Assembly: GCA_963740355.1 (NCBI GenBank)
Contig: CAVUDW010000003.1
Location: 2,336,001-2,400,000, forward strand
Direction of reading: 5' to 3'
DNA: 64,000 nucleotides
Source of the DNA: an uncultured Gemmatimonadaceae bacterium
Lineage (GTDB): Bacteria; Gemmatimonadota; Gemmatimonadetes; Gemmatimonadales; Gemmatimonadaceae
How positions within the stretch are numbered: position 1 is the first letter of the stretch; the number at the start of each line of letters is the position of its first letter. The position numbers and the translations under genes are program-made. Under the pieces are notes generated by a model. That model was not told the origin of the DNA. It searched no databases and saw nothing but the letters and a program-made list of their open reading frames with translations. Positions 19,034-29,425 of this stretch are shown here, in pieces.

Positions 19034-19189
19034 CCGCGCCTCCCTCGTATGTGTGATCCATACATGCAGTGGATCATCTCATCGGGGTGTCGGGTGATGC
19101 CGCACACGCTGGTCCGCCATGTTCCGTCAGTGCGTGACCAGCGCGTACTCGCTCCAACGGGGCCAACGCGATCGCGCCGGCCGGCGGCG

Positions 19190-20575
19190 CTACCGCGGTA
19201 CCGGCCCCGCTGCGGCCAGCCACCGCTGCACCTCGGCCCTGTCGGCTGCCGACATCGCGGGCATGGCATTCATCAGCGACTTCCGCAAAGCCGGATCACC
19301 CAGCACGCGCGCGCGAATCACTGGATCGCGAAGCAGTTGCACCGAAAGCGTTTGAGCGACTGGCGCTGGCGCCATGTCGTGCCCTTCGTGCCCCGTCATG
19401 GGCTTGGCCGCGGTGTCGGGCGCGGCACCATGATCCATCCCCTCGTGCGACATGCCGAGCATCTGGCCCACCTTCATGCCCGTCATCTTCCCCGTCCGAC
19501 GATCGTGCAGCATGACCGCGCCCGCCGTGACCGTTGGTGTCGGAAGCGCCGCCGTGAACCCGACGGATGGCCCGCCCATGTTCTCGACACCCATCGCCGC
19601 CGACATCGTCAGCCAGGCCTCGCGCGTCATGACGTACGATGTGTCATCGCGAAAGCGCTGCCCGGCCAGCACGATCTCGGCGCGCTTCCTGTTCCGCGGC
19701 ACCGATGGATTGGTGAGAATGTCGCTCACCACGTCGTGCATCGAGTGCAGGTTGTCGAAGATGATTGCGGCTTCAGGAAACCGGCGCGCAAACTCCGGCG
19801 AGACCGCGGCAGTCATCGGCATCTGGTACGGGAGCGTCTTCGTCGGGTCCTGCAGCATCTGCCAGAACCGCGCGACGGTCGCGCGCACTCCGGCCTGGCG
19901 ATCGACGCTCGTCTTGCCGACGATCAATGGCTCATACAGCCCAACCTGAAACCAGTGGTATCCCCAGATCAGGCCATTGAACTTCGGGTACTTCTGTCGG
20001 AACGCGAGTGAGTAGGGCTGCTCCTGCATCAGCTCCATGCTCTTCGGCTTGCTGCTGAATGCCAGATCCGGTCGCGTCTTGTAGTACGCGATCAGCCGCA
20101 GCACTTCACGATCGCGTGTCGCGTCATCCAGTCGCTCGTCGGCCAGCACGTCATAGATCTGGCGGTGCAGGATGTGCGACCAGTCGAACATCGCCTTCGC
20201 TTCCGGCGCCAGCTGCGCATACATCGGCTCGATAGCCGTTTCCTCGAGCGGTACCCGCGGTGGCCGCACAAGCACCTGCTTGGTCAGCTGATCGTAGATC
20301 CGCTCTTCCAGCACTGATGCCGCGGCGTTCGGCTTGGTCCATAGCGTTTCGTACAGAATCGCATGCCCGAAGTCGAAGGCGTTGAACAGGCGATCGGCGT
20401 GCTGGTAGTTGGTGCGGAATTGCCAGTTGTGCGGCGCCTGCAGATAAAACGTCTCGAAGGTCGTGACCCATTGCGCTCGCACCGGTGTCGTCAGGCCGAG
20501 GAGAGCGACGGCGGTTGCTAGCACGCGAGTGGTGCGCATACTGCTTTTCAGTGAGCTATTCCTTGTGCTTTTCAT
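19190..20575 (-). CDS. Uncharacterised exported His/Met-containing protein in the copper operon
   Basis: ATG overlaps the upstream TGA (ATGA at 20572-20575); signal peptide (VRA-Q); His motifs GHAILYE, SHILHRQIYD, YHWFQ, NLHSMHD; MSHEGMDH and GHEGHDM tail. Confidence 0.75.
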   Translation of the reverse strand: MKSTRNSSLKSSMRTTRVLATAVALLGLTTPVRAQWVTTFETFYLQAPHNWQFRTNYQHADRLFNAFDFGHAILYETLWTKPNAAASVLEERIYDQLTKQVLVRPPRVPLEETAIEPMYAQLAPEAKAMFDWSHILHRQIYDVLADERLDDATRDREVLRLIAYYKTRPDLAFSSKPKSMELMQEQPYSLAFRQKYPKFNGLIWGYHWFQVGLYEPLIVGKTSVDRQAGVRATVARFWQMLQDPTKTLPYQMPMTAAVSPEFARRFPEAAIIFDNLHSMHDVVSDILTNPSVPRNRKRAEIVLAGQRFRDDTSYVMTREAWLTMSAAMGVENMGGPSVGFTAALPTPTVTAGAVMLHDRRTGKMTGMKVGQMLGMSHEGMDHGAAPDTAAKPMTGHEGHDMAPAPVAQTLSVQLLRDPVIRARVLGDPALRKSLMNAMPAMSAADRAEVQRWLAAAGPVPR

Positions 20576-21388
20576 CGTGCACTCCAAGGCAGGCCGAACG
20601 CGTACGCGCCACCCGCAGTTACATACCACGCCTGCGCCGGGCCAGTCAGGTTGCGGCCCACACCCGCATCCATCGCCCACCGCGGCGCCAGTTGATAACG
20701 CACGCCGACTCCCGAATTCCACTCGACATCCTCGGTCACGTCGAGTGGCTTGCGTGCGTAAAGTTCGGCGGTCATGAGGATCGAGCGCAAGGCGATCGCG
20801 CGATCCACGGCCCCACCGGCCACCCACCGCGAAAGTTCGATGCTCTGGGCGGCTGCGCCGATCGGTGCCGACGCACTCGAACGTCACACTTTCGCCGAAC
20901 GTGTACTGCGCATTGAGGTGAAATCGCGCCGCTGGGAACGTGCGCGTCATGATGCCTTTCAGGCTCGGATACGCCCGTGTTGGCCCGAAGCGCCCGACAG
21001 GCAGAAGCACTTCACCCGCCAAGGCAAACGCCGGAATGCGCGTCTCGGTGTTGAGGTTGTAGAGCACCGAGAGATCGACGCCGGACACCCCGGTCGCGCC
21101 GCGGCGCCCACCACGCTCGACATAGGCAACGGGCACGCCGATTTCGATCTGCGCGCGCGGTGCAAAGCCGTATGCAAGCTCTGGCTCGACGCCCCAGGTG
21201 TATGCTCCGCCGCGCGCACGCGAGAGCCGCACCGGCGCGACCTGCAGCTCGAGGCCGCGGCGCTCCAGCGCATACGCATCTTCCATCAGCACCGGTCTTC
21301 CGGCGTCGGTGTTGTAGTAGTCCGTCTGCGCATGCACTGGGACGGCCAGCAACGCGGACGCCATCACTGGCAGGAGTCGTGTTTTCAT
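20572..21388 (-). CDS. Putative outer-membrane beta-barrel protein (frameshift near 20881)
   Basis: Signal peptide and amphipathic beta-strands. The C-terminal strands (GVGVRYQL..DAGVGR..GGAYAF) continue in the 20572-20823 frame. Confidence 0.65.
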
Positions 21389-21759
21389 CGAGTGTGTTTG
21401 TACATGAGGTCGACCAGTTCGTCATACATCGCATCGGCCGACGCACCTTCGGCCTTGATCGCCGCCGTCGCACAATGCTTCAGGTGATTGCGCATCAACT
21501 CTCGCGCCACCGCCCGCAACGCCTCGTGCACCGAGGAGATCTGCATCAGCACGTCGGCGCAGTAGCGATCCTCCTCCACCATCTTCTGGATGCCACGCAC
21601 CTGCCCTTCGATCCGGCGCAGGCGCTTCAGGTTTTTCTCCTTCCCCTCTGCGTCGACGCCAACCGCCTTTCGGCCGCAGTGTGCGTCGACTGGCACGTCG
21701 ACCGCCACCTCTGATTCCATCGCCTCCATCCGTTCCTCCAGGTGTGCATTCAAGGCCAT
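21385..21759 (-). CDS. csoR: CsoR/RcnR family copper-sensing repressor
   Basis: RLRRIEGQVRGIQKMVEEDRYC.DVL.QI, NHLKHC (C-H-C Cu ligands). Confidence 0.9.
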   Translation of the reverse strand: MALNAHLEERMEAMESEVAVDVPVDAHCGRKAVGVDAEGKEKNLKRLRRIEGQVRGIQKMVEEDRYCADVLMQISSVHEALRAVARELMRNHLKHCATAAIKAEGASADAMYDELVDLMYKHTR

Positions 21760-21837
21760 GCGATCATGACTGTTGCGCCGCTCAAAGTCGCTGCGCCTTT
21801 TCGTCTCTGCGATTTGCTGTCGCTCTTCCAGCCGTGA

Positions 21838-24300
21838 CTACGCGTTCCGCAACCGAAGTGAGTTCGTGACCACCGAGACGGAACTGAACGCCATCGCCGC
21901 ACTCGCCAGGATTGGGCTCAGCAACACACCGAACATCGGATAGAGCACGCCCGCTGCGACTGGAATGCCGATCACGTTGTACACGAAGGCCCAGAACAGA
22001 TTCTGCTTCATCGTGCGCATCGTGCGCCGCGAGAGCGTGATCGCGCGGACCACGCCGGCGAGATCACCGCGCATCAGCGCAATGTCTGCCGCCTCGATGG
22101 CGACATCCGTGCCGGTGCCGATCGCGATGCCGACGTCGGCCTGCACCAGTGCCGGCGCGTCGTTCACCCCATCGCCGACCATCGCCACCACCGCGCCCTG
22201 CTTCTGCTGGGCCGCCACCGCGTCCACTTTCCCGGCTGGCAGCACTTCCGCGATCACTTCCGTGATCCCCACGGCGCGCGCCACGGCCTGCGCGGTCTGT
22301 GCATTGTCACCAGTCAGCATCACGACCTTGAGGCCGAGCTTCTGCAGCGAGGCAATCGCCGCCGCTGACTCCACCCGCACTGGGTCAGCCACCGCGATAG
22401 CGCCCACCAGTGTGCCATCGACCGCGACGAACACCACGGTCTTGGCATCGGCCACGAGCATCGCGACGCGTGCATCCAGCGCCCCGTCGTCGGTGCCGAA
22501 TTCCTCCATCAGCAGCGACGTACCAATCGCCACGAACTGCGAGCCCACCATCGCCGTCACGCCGCGCCCGGCGTAGGACTCGAATGCGGTCGGCTGCACC
22601 AGCGATAGCCCGCGTTCCTTTGCGCGGCGCACGATGGCACCGGCAACCGGGTGCTCACTCAACTGCTCCACCGACGCGACGATTCCCAGCAGCGAGTCAT
22701 CGCTCAACGGTGAGCCAGGGGCATGTACCACATCGGTCGCAGTCGGACGCCCTTCCGTGATGGTCCCCGTCTTGTCGAGCACGATCGTCGTGATCGAGCC
22801 CGCACGCTGCAGTGCCTCGCCACCCTTGATCAGGACGCCCCCTTCCGCACCACGACCCGTCGCGACCATCACCGCCGTCGGGACTGCCAGCCCCATCGCA
22901 CACGGGCAGGCGATGATCAAGACCGCCACAGCCGCCGCGAACGCACGCACCGAAGCCGCGCCACCCCCAGCGCCAGCGTTCCACAACACGCCGAACCAGA
23001 TCGCGAAGGTGAGCAGCGACAACACGATCACCGTCGGGACGAAGATCGCGCTGATGCGATCGGCCAAGCCCTGGATCGGCGCGCGCGACGCCTGCGCATC
23101 GCGCATCAGCATCATGATCTGCGCCAGCACGCTGCGGCTGCCGAGTGTGGTCGCGCGATAGCGAAATGAGCCGGAGGCGTTGATCGTCCCACCGATCACA
23201 CGATCGCCAGTCGACTTTGCCACCGGCATCGACTCACCCGTCAACATGCTTTCGTCCACGGCACTCGACCCGCTCTCGATCACGCCATCGACCGGCAGCC
23301 GTTCGCCGGGGCGAATCACCACCACGTCGTTCGCGCGCACATCGCGCAGCGGCAGTTCGATCTCTGTCTCGCCGCCTTCGGGCGTCGGGCGCATCACCCG
23401 CGCGGTCGTCGGGCGAAGCGAGGCCAGCGCCCGCAGCGCTGCCGCCGTGCTGCGTGTCGCGCGTGACTCGAACATCCGGCCAGTGAGAATCAACGCGATG
23501 ATGAAGATCACCGCCTCGAAGTACACGTCCGGCGCCACGCCATGCGCGGTGAAGAACGACGGCGTCACCGTGGCCAGCAGCGAATACACGAAGGCCGCGC
23601 CGGTACCGACAGCCACCAGTGTGTTCATGTCCGCTGCACCATGGCGGGCGGACTGCCAGGCGCTGACATAGAACTGCCGTCCCGCCCAGACCATCACGCC
23701 GACTGTCATCACCAGCAACGACCAGGTGATCGTCGCGGTCGGAATCGCATACAGCCAGGGCATCACGGATTGCAGCGTCGGTGACAAGGTGCGCATCACC
23801 CAGCGCATGAACGGATCCGCCACCACGCCCATCCCCGCGTGATCGTTCGATGCCATCAAGGGCATCGACACCACCATCGCGATCGCTCCCGCCACACCAC
23901 TCACGATCGCGCGCAGGCGCAGCGACTCGTATTCGTGTGATGTCGTCGCATCCCGCGCCGCCAGTTGCTCGACGACATCGTCGTCCTTCGCCGGCAGTTC
24001 AGCGCCGTACCCCGTGTCGAGCACGACCTTCACCAGCGCCGCTGGACTCGAGACCGCTGGATCGAACGTGACCGTCGCACTGCCCATCAGCAGGTTCACC
24101 GATGCATCCGTCACACCGGGCGCACGGTTCAGCTGCCGCTGTACGCGACTCTGGCAGGCAGCACACGTCATCCCCGTCACGGGGAGCGTCACGGTCTGTA
24201 CGCCCAAAGGCGCGACAGTCCCCTGCGCTGTCATTCCAGCCGCCGGCTCACTCGGCGACACCGCCGCCGCGTCCATTACATCAGGCATCGGACTTTGCAT
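21838..24300 (-). CDS. copA: P1B-1 copper-translocating ATPase
   Basis: [29 protein letters not shown] and MAFSS motifs. Confidence 0.95.
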   Translation of the reverse strand: MQSPMPDVMDAAAVSPSEPAAGMTAQGTVAPLGVQTVTLPVTGMTCAACQSRVQRQLNRAPGVTDASVNLLMGSATVTFDPAVSSPAALVKVVLDTGYGAELPAKDDDVVEQLAARDATTSHEYESLRLRAIVSGVAGAIAMVVSMPLMASNDHAGMGVVADPFMRWVMRTLSPTLQSVMPWLYAIPTATITWSLLVMTVGVMVWAGRQFYVSAWQSARHGAADMNTLVAVGTGAAFVYSLLATVTPSFFTAHGVAPDVYFEAVIFIIALILTGRMFESRATRSTAAALRALASLRPTTARVMRPTPEGGETEIELPLRDVRANDVVVIRPGERLPVDGVIESGSSAVDESMLTGESMPVAKSTGDRVIGGTINASGSFRYRATTLGSRSVLAQIMMLMRDAQASRAPIQGLADRISAIFVPTVIVLSLLTFAIWFGVLWNAGAGGGAASVRAFAAAVAVLIIACPCAMGLAVPTAVMVATGRGAEGGVLIKGGEALQRAGSITTIVLDKTGTITEGRPTATDVVHAPGSPLSDDSLLGIVASVEQLSEHPVAGAIVRRAKERGLSLVQPTAFESYAGRGVTAMVGSQFVAIGTSLLMEEFGTDDGALDARVAMLVADAKTVVFVAVDGTLVGAIAVADPVRVESAAAIASLQKLGLKVVMLTGDNAQTAQAVARAVGITEVIAEVLPAGKVDAVAAQQKQGAVVAMVGDGVNDAPALVQADVGIAIGTGTDVAIEAADIALMRGDLAGVVRAITLSRRTMRTMKQNLFWAFVYNVIGIPVAAGVLYPMFGVLLSPILASAAMAFSSVSVVTNSLRLRNA

Positions 24301-24535
24301 CAGCCTTCTCGGCGGACGCGATGTTCAGCACGCGACCCTTCACCACGTCGTAGCCTGCGGCGTCGATCGCCGCCTCGACGGCCGACAGTGAGCCCGTCGC
24401 CGGATCGATCGACACCGTGGCCGACCCGATCTGCACCTCCTTCACCGTCACACCCGGCACCGCCACCAACGCCTTCTGCACCGCCGCCACGCAATGCGCG
24501 CAGCTCATGCCGTTGATCTTGATCGTTGTGTCCAC
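24281..24535 (-). CDS. copZ: Heavy-metal-associated copper chaperone
   Basis: GMSCAHC HMA motif, AGY; GGGGAG RBS. Confidence 0.88.
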   Translation of the reverse strand: MDTTIKINGMSCAHCVAAVQKALVAVPGVTVKEVQIGSATVSIDPATGSLSAVEAAIDAAGYDVVKGRVLNIASAEKADAKSDA

Positions 24536-24558
24536 GACTCCCCCTGTGACTGAATAAA

Positions 24559-24605
24559 ATACCCCCTACTGGTATAAAGCATAATAGGGGTAGGGGGTAT
24601 GTCAA
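24559..24605 (-). promoter_or_regulatory. cop operon promoter with CsoR-type operator
   Basis: TTGACA-16-TATGCT on the minus strand; perfect 11-bp inverted repeat ATACCCCCTAC (24559-24569) / GTAGGGGGTAT (24590-24600) with G/C tracts typical of CsoR operators. Confidence 0.85.
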
Positions 24606-24623
24606 CTGGCCGACCTTCCCGCT

Positions 24624-24652
24624 TTGACTCATTTTGCTGAGTCTTTTATACT
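24624..24652 (+). promoter_or_regulatory. vapBC promoter with palindromic operator (leaderless)
   Basis: TTGACT-17-TATACT, ATG 6 nt later; GACTCA-N6-TGAGTC palindrome at 24626-24643 overlapping the -35 and spacer. Confidence 0.8.
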
Positions 24653-24658
24653 CATCAC

Positions 24659-24925
24659 ATGACTCAGCGCCTCCAAGTCCTGTTCGATGATGAGGAACTC
24701 GACGAAATCCGGCGCTTCGCCGCGCGTCAGCGAATGACCGTGGCCGAGTGGGTACGGCAGGCGCTGCGCGCCGCACGCGAAGGCGTCGCCGTGACTGAAC
24801 CATCGCGCAAGCTCCTCGCCGTGCGCGAGGCGGCCGCGCGCTACTCGTTCCCCGTCAGCGACATCGAGACCATCAACGCCGAAATTGCACGCGGATACGG
24901 CACCATGTCTGCCGACGAGTCGTGA
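24659..24925 (+). CDS. vapB: Ribbon-helix-helix (CopG-like) antitoxin
   Basis: RLQVLFDDEEL.EI...A....TVAEWVRQAL; GTGA overlap with the PIN gene. Confidence 0.8.
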   Translation: MTQRLQVLFDDEELDEIRRFAARQRMTVAEWVRQALRAAREGVAVTEPSRKLLAVREAAARYSFPVSDIETINAEIARGYGTMSADES

Positions 24926-25323
24926 TCTTCATCGACTCGAACGTGCCGATGTATCTCGTCGGCGCGCCGCATCGAAACAAGGATGCGACACTTGCATGGT
25001 TGGAGCGCGCCATTCGGGACGGTGAACGCCTCGTCACCGATGCCGAAGTGTTGCAGGAGATCCTGCATCGGTATGTGGTAATCCGACGACTCGATGCCAT
25101 CGCTCCAGCGACTGATGCGCTCCTGCAGCTCGTGAGTGACGTATTGCCCGTCACCCGTCAGAATGTCCTCGCGGCACGCGACCTGATTCTCGACGGTCGT
25201 GGTCGACATTCAGCGCGCGATGCAATTCACATTGCCGTCATGCGCGCACACGCGATCCGCCGAATTTTCAGTTTCGACAGCGACTTCGACGGCGTGCCCG
25301 ACATCACTCGGGAGCCGGTGTAG
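24922..25323 (+). CDS. vapC: PIN-domain toxin
   Basis: IFIDSNVPMY, EVLQE, SARDAIH, SFDSDFD. Confidence 0.9.
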   Translation: MIFIDSNVPMYLVGAPHRNKDATLAWLERAIRDGERLVTDAEVLQEILHRYVVIRRLDAIAPATDALLQLVSDVLPVTRQNVLAARDLILDGRGRHSARDAIHIAVMRAHAIRRIFSFDSDFDGVPDITREPV

Positions 25324-25343
25324 CGCGATCTGGCCGCCTGTCG

Positions 25344-27503
25344 CTACGCCTGCCCGCTCCGCAGCCGCCACCCCGGGTTCCCGTAGTGCTGGTACGTCGC
25401 CCACAACGACCCGAACCGCCCTCGCTCCCCGTACAGCGACTGCCGCGCGGCCAGCAGTGCCGCCCCGATCGGCTCGGCTTCCTGCGCTGACGGCACCACC
25501 CGGCGATAGAACACTTCTGCGAATCGTACCGCGCCTTCATCGCTTATCGCGCGCGCCGTCCCGACGAAATTCCGCGCACCGCACTGCAACAGCGCATCGG
25601 CCAGTCCTGGCACGAGCCCAAGTTCACTCCACGATTCGCCCGAGGTCACACCACCCAGCTGCTCCTTCGCCGCCAGCCGAGCAGTGACACAGGCGTTGGC
25701 GACGATCAGTGACGGGGCGCCACTCTCGAGCGCGAGCCGCAATTCATTCGGTCCCAACACACCATCGGCGAACACCCACCCACTCTCGCCAAGGTTCGAC
25801 GGGTCGAACACGCCATGCCCGCAGTAGTGCAGCAGGTCGAACGGTGCCGCGCGGCGCGACAGCAGGTCGATCACGCTCGATCGCGACGCTTCATCCTGAC
25901 CGTCACTGTGGCCAGGTGCCCCCAGCAACAGCTTCACCTGCACGCCAAGTGACTCCAGCAGTGCCTGAACCGCCAACGCTTCGGTGCGCGCACCGGGCAG
26001 CGATTCACCTCGCGCCGGATCACCGGGATCACCGATGACCAGTGCCCGCAATCGCCCACGCATTTGCGGCTCCATGCCGCTGGCGGGGCTGAGCGCCGTG
26101 CGCAGCTGCCGCGAAATCGGGCGCGCGAGGCCAAGATGCGCCACGGGGGCTTCGGCTTGCGTGATGCCGGCCATCAAGTCGTCGCCGTCGACGTGCATCA
26201 CTTCCCATGGCACGGCGGCCATGTCGCGATCCACGTCCATCACCAGTTCACTCGCGCCGGTCAGCAGTGCGCGCAAGTCGGCTGGGACGAGCAGCCGCCG
26301 GAGCAGACGTGCGGCTTGCGTCACCTGATCTTCACTGGCTTCAGGCGCATCGCGTTGCATCATTTCCACCTGCTCACGAATCAGCGCGAAGTCCACTGGA
26401 ATCACGCGCTGCGCCACGGTCGCGAGATCGGTGATGGCGGCCACCCGCACGCCGTCCGGCGCGCGCACGTACGACAACCGTACGGCGGTATCGGCATCGG
26501 TGCCGTCGAATCCCTCGATGCGCACCCGCAGCAGGTCGACCGGTCGCGCTGGTCGCGCCAGCGGCCGACTCGGCACCGTCAGCCCACGCTTCGTGCGCTC
26601 GTCGCTGGCGAGGGTGTCGGCACGCCGTGCATCCAGTTCCTGGAATTGGCGCGCCAGGGTGGCATTCGCGAGGTGCAGCGCGGCAGCCAACTGTGGCACC
26701 GTCACACTCGCGTGTGCATCACTCGCCGCATCGACACTGGCCAGCAATGCTCCGGCAGCTTGGGATCCGTGCTCACTCGAGGCAGTCGCCATCAGCAGCG
26801 CATAGAGACTCGCCTGTGACAGCTGGCCATACGCGTTGTCGGGGTCTGGCACGGCAACGATCTCTGGTGTCACCGTCACGTGCACCCCCTCGGCCTCCAG
26901 CACCGGCGCGTACCACGCCGCACGCGCCACCAGTTCGGCGTGAATCGCGCGCGCCTTTCCCAACTCTCGCTCCACGATGCGCAGCACACGCAACCGCGAC
27001 GGCACCTTGTCATCCAGCGCCGGTGCAAAACTCACCATTGCCGCCAGCAAGCCATCCAGCGCTTCCCACACCCGCATGGTGCCTTCACCGCTGCCGATCA
27101 AGACCATGTTGATGATCGCGACGTCCGGCAGCGACGTGACCTTCACCGCCATCCGCGACATCAGGTCGCGATGTCGCGCGCGGGTGTATGTCCCGGGAAA
27201 TCCCATGCCGACCAGCGTGACCGTCACCGGCGTGCCCATGTCGCCCTGCTGCCGCCCCGGATAGAACTCGACATCGCCGAACGCCGGCGCCAGTTCGCCG
27301 AGGTGCGAGAGCCGCGTCAGCGTCAGCCGCTCCGACCCCCGTCCTTCCTCCGGCAGCCGCGACACCAGCGCCCGATCCAGCGCCAATTCCGCGCCTTGCG
27401 GCTCCACGCCGGTATAGTGCCCCACCACATACATGTCTCCGGGAACGCGTGTGATGTCCCCCCACACGACTTCCAGCGTCAACGGCAGCGGTGTCGGCGT
27501 CAT
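25344..27503 (-). CDS. CHAT-domain (caspase-like) protease with macro-like N-terminal domain
   Basis: VPWE, LVIGDP, LPGA..E, LHYCGHG and ANAC catalytic motifs, HYGNP; N-terminus LEVVWGDIT.V.GD..VVGHY. Confidence 0.85.
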   Translation of the reverse strand: MTPTPLPLTLEVVWGDITRVPGDMYVVGHYTGVEPQGAELALDRALVSRLPEEGRGSERLTLTRLSHLGELAPAFGDVEFYPGRQQGDMGTPVTVTLVGMGFPGTYTRARHRDLMSRMAVKVTSLPDVAIINMVLIGSGEGTMRVWEALDGLLAAMVSFAPALDDKVPSRLRVLRIVERELGKARAIHAELVARAAWYAPVLEAEGVHVTVTPEIVAVPDPDNAYGQLSQASLYALLMATASSEHGSQAAGALLASVDAASDAHASVTVPQLAAALHLANATLARQFQELDARRADTLASDERTKRGLTVPSRPLARPARPVDLLRVRIEGFDGTDADTAVRLSYVRAPDGVRVAAITDLATVAQRVIPVDFALIREQVEMMQRDAPEASEDQVTQAARLLRRLLVPADLRALLTGASELVMDVDRDMAAVPWEVMHVDGDDLMAGITQAEAPVAHLGLARPISRQLRTALSPASGMEPQMRGRLRALVIGDPGDPARGESLPGARTEALAVQALLESLGVQVKLLLGAPGHSDGQDEASRSSVIDLLSRRAAPFDLLHYCGHGVFDPSNLGESGWVFADGVLGPNELRLALESGAPSLIVANACVTARLAAKEQLGGVTSGESWSELGLVPGLADALLQCGARNFVGTARAISDEGAVRFAEVFYRRVVPSAQEAEPIGAALLAARQSLYGERGRFGSLWATYQHYGNPGWRLRSGQA

Positions 27504-27682
27504 ATGGGTTGAACCTGCCACGACGTCACGCCATCGCGCGAGCCCCCAATGGCCGTCCTGAAGCGTTGACCCCGATGCTCCGTCCGTTGCGCGTGCCGCG
27601 CGCTGACGCGGCTCCCAGGTACGCCGTTCCGGAAGTTGCGAGAGGCGTTACCGTTCCCGCTCACTTCGACCGCATGCACGCC

Positions 27683-29026
27683 ATGGCCGCACTACCGAAT
27701 TTTCTGCATCGCGATCACACCATCGCGCCTCCTGGCTTCAATCGGTGGCGCGTGCCGCCCGCGGCACTCGCGATTCATCTGTGCATCGGCCAGGCCTACG
27801 CCTTCAGCGTCTTCTCGCTGCCCCTCTCGAAGGCCATCGGCCTCAGTGTGGCCGCACCGGATGATTGGAAGGTCAGCACCATCGGTTGGGTCTTCAGCAC
27901 CGCCATCGTCTTTCTCGGACTCTCGGCGGCGCTGTTCGGCAGCTGGCTCGAACGAGTCGGTCCGCGTGCGGCGATGTTCGTCTCGGCGCTCTGTTTCAGC
28001 AGCGGTCTCGCGATCGGGGCGGCCGGGATTGCATCACACCAGTTCTGGCTCCTCCTCTTCGGCTATGGCGTGATCGGTGGTGTGGGACTCGGCATCGGCT
28101 ACATCTCGCCAGTCTCGACACTCATCAAGTGGTTTCCCGATCGCCCTGGCATGGCCACGGGCCTTGCGATCATGGGCTTTGGCGGCGGCGCCATCGTCGC
28201 CTCGCCGCTCTCTGTCTGGATGATGGCGCACTTTCGCACGCCCACCAGCAACGGCATCGCGCCGACATTCCTCGCACTCTCGCTGCTCTATCTCGTCGTC
28301 ATGATGTTCGGCGTCCTCACGGTGCGTGTCCCGGCCGATGACTGGACACCATCGGCGAGTATCACGCGTCGCACCGAGAAGGCGACTGCAGCGGCCGCGG
28401 GAAAGACGGTCGGCGAGGCAGTTCGCACCTCACAGTTCTGGCTCCTCTGGACGATGTTGTGCCTCAATGTCACGGCCGGCATCGGTGTGCTTGGTCAGGC
28501 GTCCGCGATGATCCAGGAGATGTTTCCCGGCACGATCACCGTGAAGGACGCCGCCAGTTTCGTGGTGCTGCTCAGTCTCGCCAACCTGGTGGGCCGATTC
28601 GCCTGGTCATCACTCAGTGATCACATCGGCCGGCGCTGGACCTACGCCACCTTCTTCGCACTCGGTGCCGCACTCTACGCCAGCGTGCCGACGATCGGGC
28701 GCAGTGGCAACGTCATCGCCTTCGTGGCCGCCTACGCCATCATCCTCTCGATGTATGGTGGCGGCTTTGCCACGATTCCCGCGTACCTCCGCGACAAGTT
28801 CGGCACGCTGCAAGTCGGCGCCATCCACGGTCGCCTGCTCACGGCCTGGTCCACCGCCGGTGTCCTCGGCCCGGTCCTCGTGAACTACATCCGCGAATAC
28901 CAGATCAATCGCGGCGTCCCGAAAGCCGAAGCCTACAGCGTCACGATGTACCTCATGGCCGCCCTCCTCCTCATCGGCTTCGCCGCCAACCTCGCCCTCA
29001 AGCCCGTCGCCACGCCATCGAGCTGA
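27683..29026 (+). CDS. MFS transporter, oxalate/formate antiporter (OFA) family
   Basis: IHLCIGQAYAFSVF, KWFPDRPGMATG, GAIHGRLLTAWS; about 12 TM segments. Confidence 0.9.
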   Translation: MAALPNFLHRDHTIAPPGFNRWRVPPAALAIHLCIGQAYAFSVFSLPLSKAIGLSVAAPDDWKVSTIGWVFSTAIVFLGLSAALFGSWLERVGPRAAMFVSALCFSSGLAIGAAGIASHQFWLLLFGYGVIGGVGLGIGYISPVSTLIKWFPDRPGMATGLAIMGFGGGAIVASPLSVWMMAHFRTPTSNGIAPTFLALSLLYLVVMMFGVLTVRVPADDWTPSASITRRTEKATAAAAGKTVGEAVRTSQFWLLWTMLCLNVTAGIGVLGQASAMIQEMFPGTITVKDAASFVVLLSLANLVGRFAWSSLSDHIGRRWTYATFFALGAALYASVPTIGRSGNVIAFVAAYAIILSMYGGGFATIPAYLRDKFGTLQVGAIHGRLLTAWSTAGVLGPVLVNYIREYQINRGVPKAEAYSVTMYLMAALLLIGFAANLALKPVATPSS

Positions 29027-29068
29027 ACTTCCACCGCCGTGCCGGCGAGTCTGGTCCACACTCCAAAA

Positions 29069-29338
29069 CACGCGGAGTCGCGGGGAACGCGGAGCCGCGG
29101 GGGAACAGCGACTGCGCAGACTGTGAAGAGCAACTGTCATTGCCGTACGAAGTGCGAGCGCGGAACGCGTCTTCAGATGTGCGTGTCTAGCAGTAGTTCG
29201 AAAACGTCCGTTGCATGCGTTGCTCGCGTGACGCACACGCAATTCCCAAAGCCCCACTCAAACGCTGTACACACCTCCCGCGCGAAACGCGCGCGACCGC
29301 AGTTCTCCGCGGCTCCGCGTCCCCCGCGGCTCCGCGTG
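29069..29338. repeat. REPIN/MITE-like element with ~40-bp terminal inverted repeats
   Basis: cacgcggagtcgcggggaacgcggagccgcgggggaacagcg (29069-29110) versus cgcagttctccgcggctccgcgtcccccgcggctccgcgtg (29298-29338). Confidence 0.7.
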
Positions 29339-29425
29339 AGGAAGTGTTGACCGCCAGCGCGGCACGCGCCCGCAACGTAGGAGCACCGCCATGGTTGCCT
29401 GAGAGAGGCGGCGACCTAACTTCCG

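Noticed and set aside
19190..21388. 732-aa barrel/metalloprotein fusion in the ORF track
   Set aside because: The middle segment is out-of-frame nonsense. A +1 frameshift near 20881 hides the barrel's own C-terminus and stop (20572), and a second gene with its own signal peptide starts at 20575.
29380..29420. TPP riboswitch suggested by CTGAGA
   Set aside because: The other conserved TPP elements are not visible, and the downstream gene is unrelated to thiamine.
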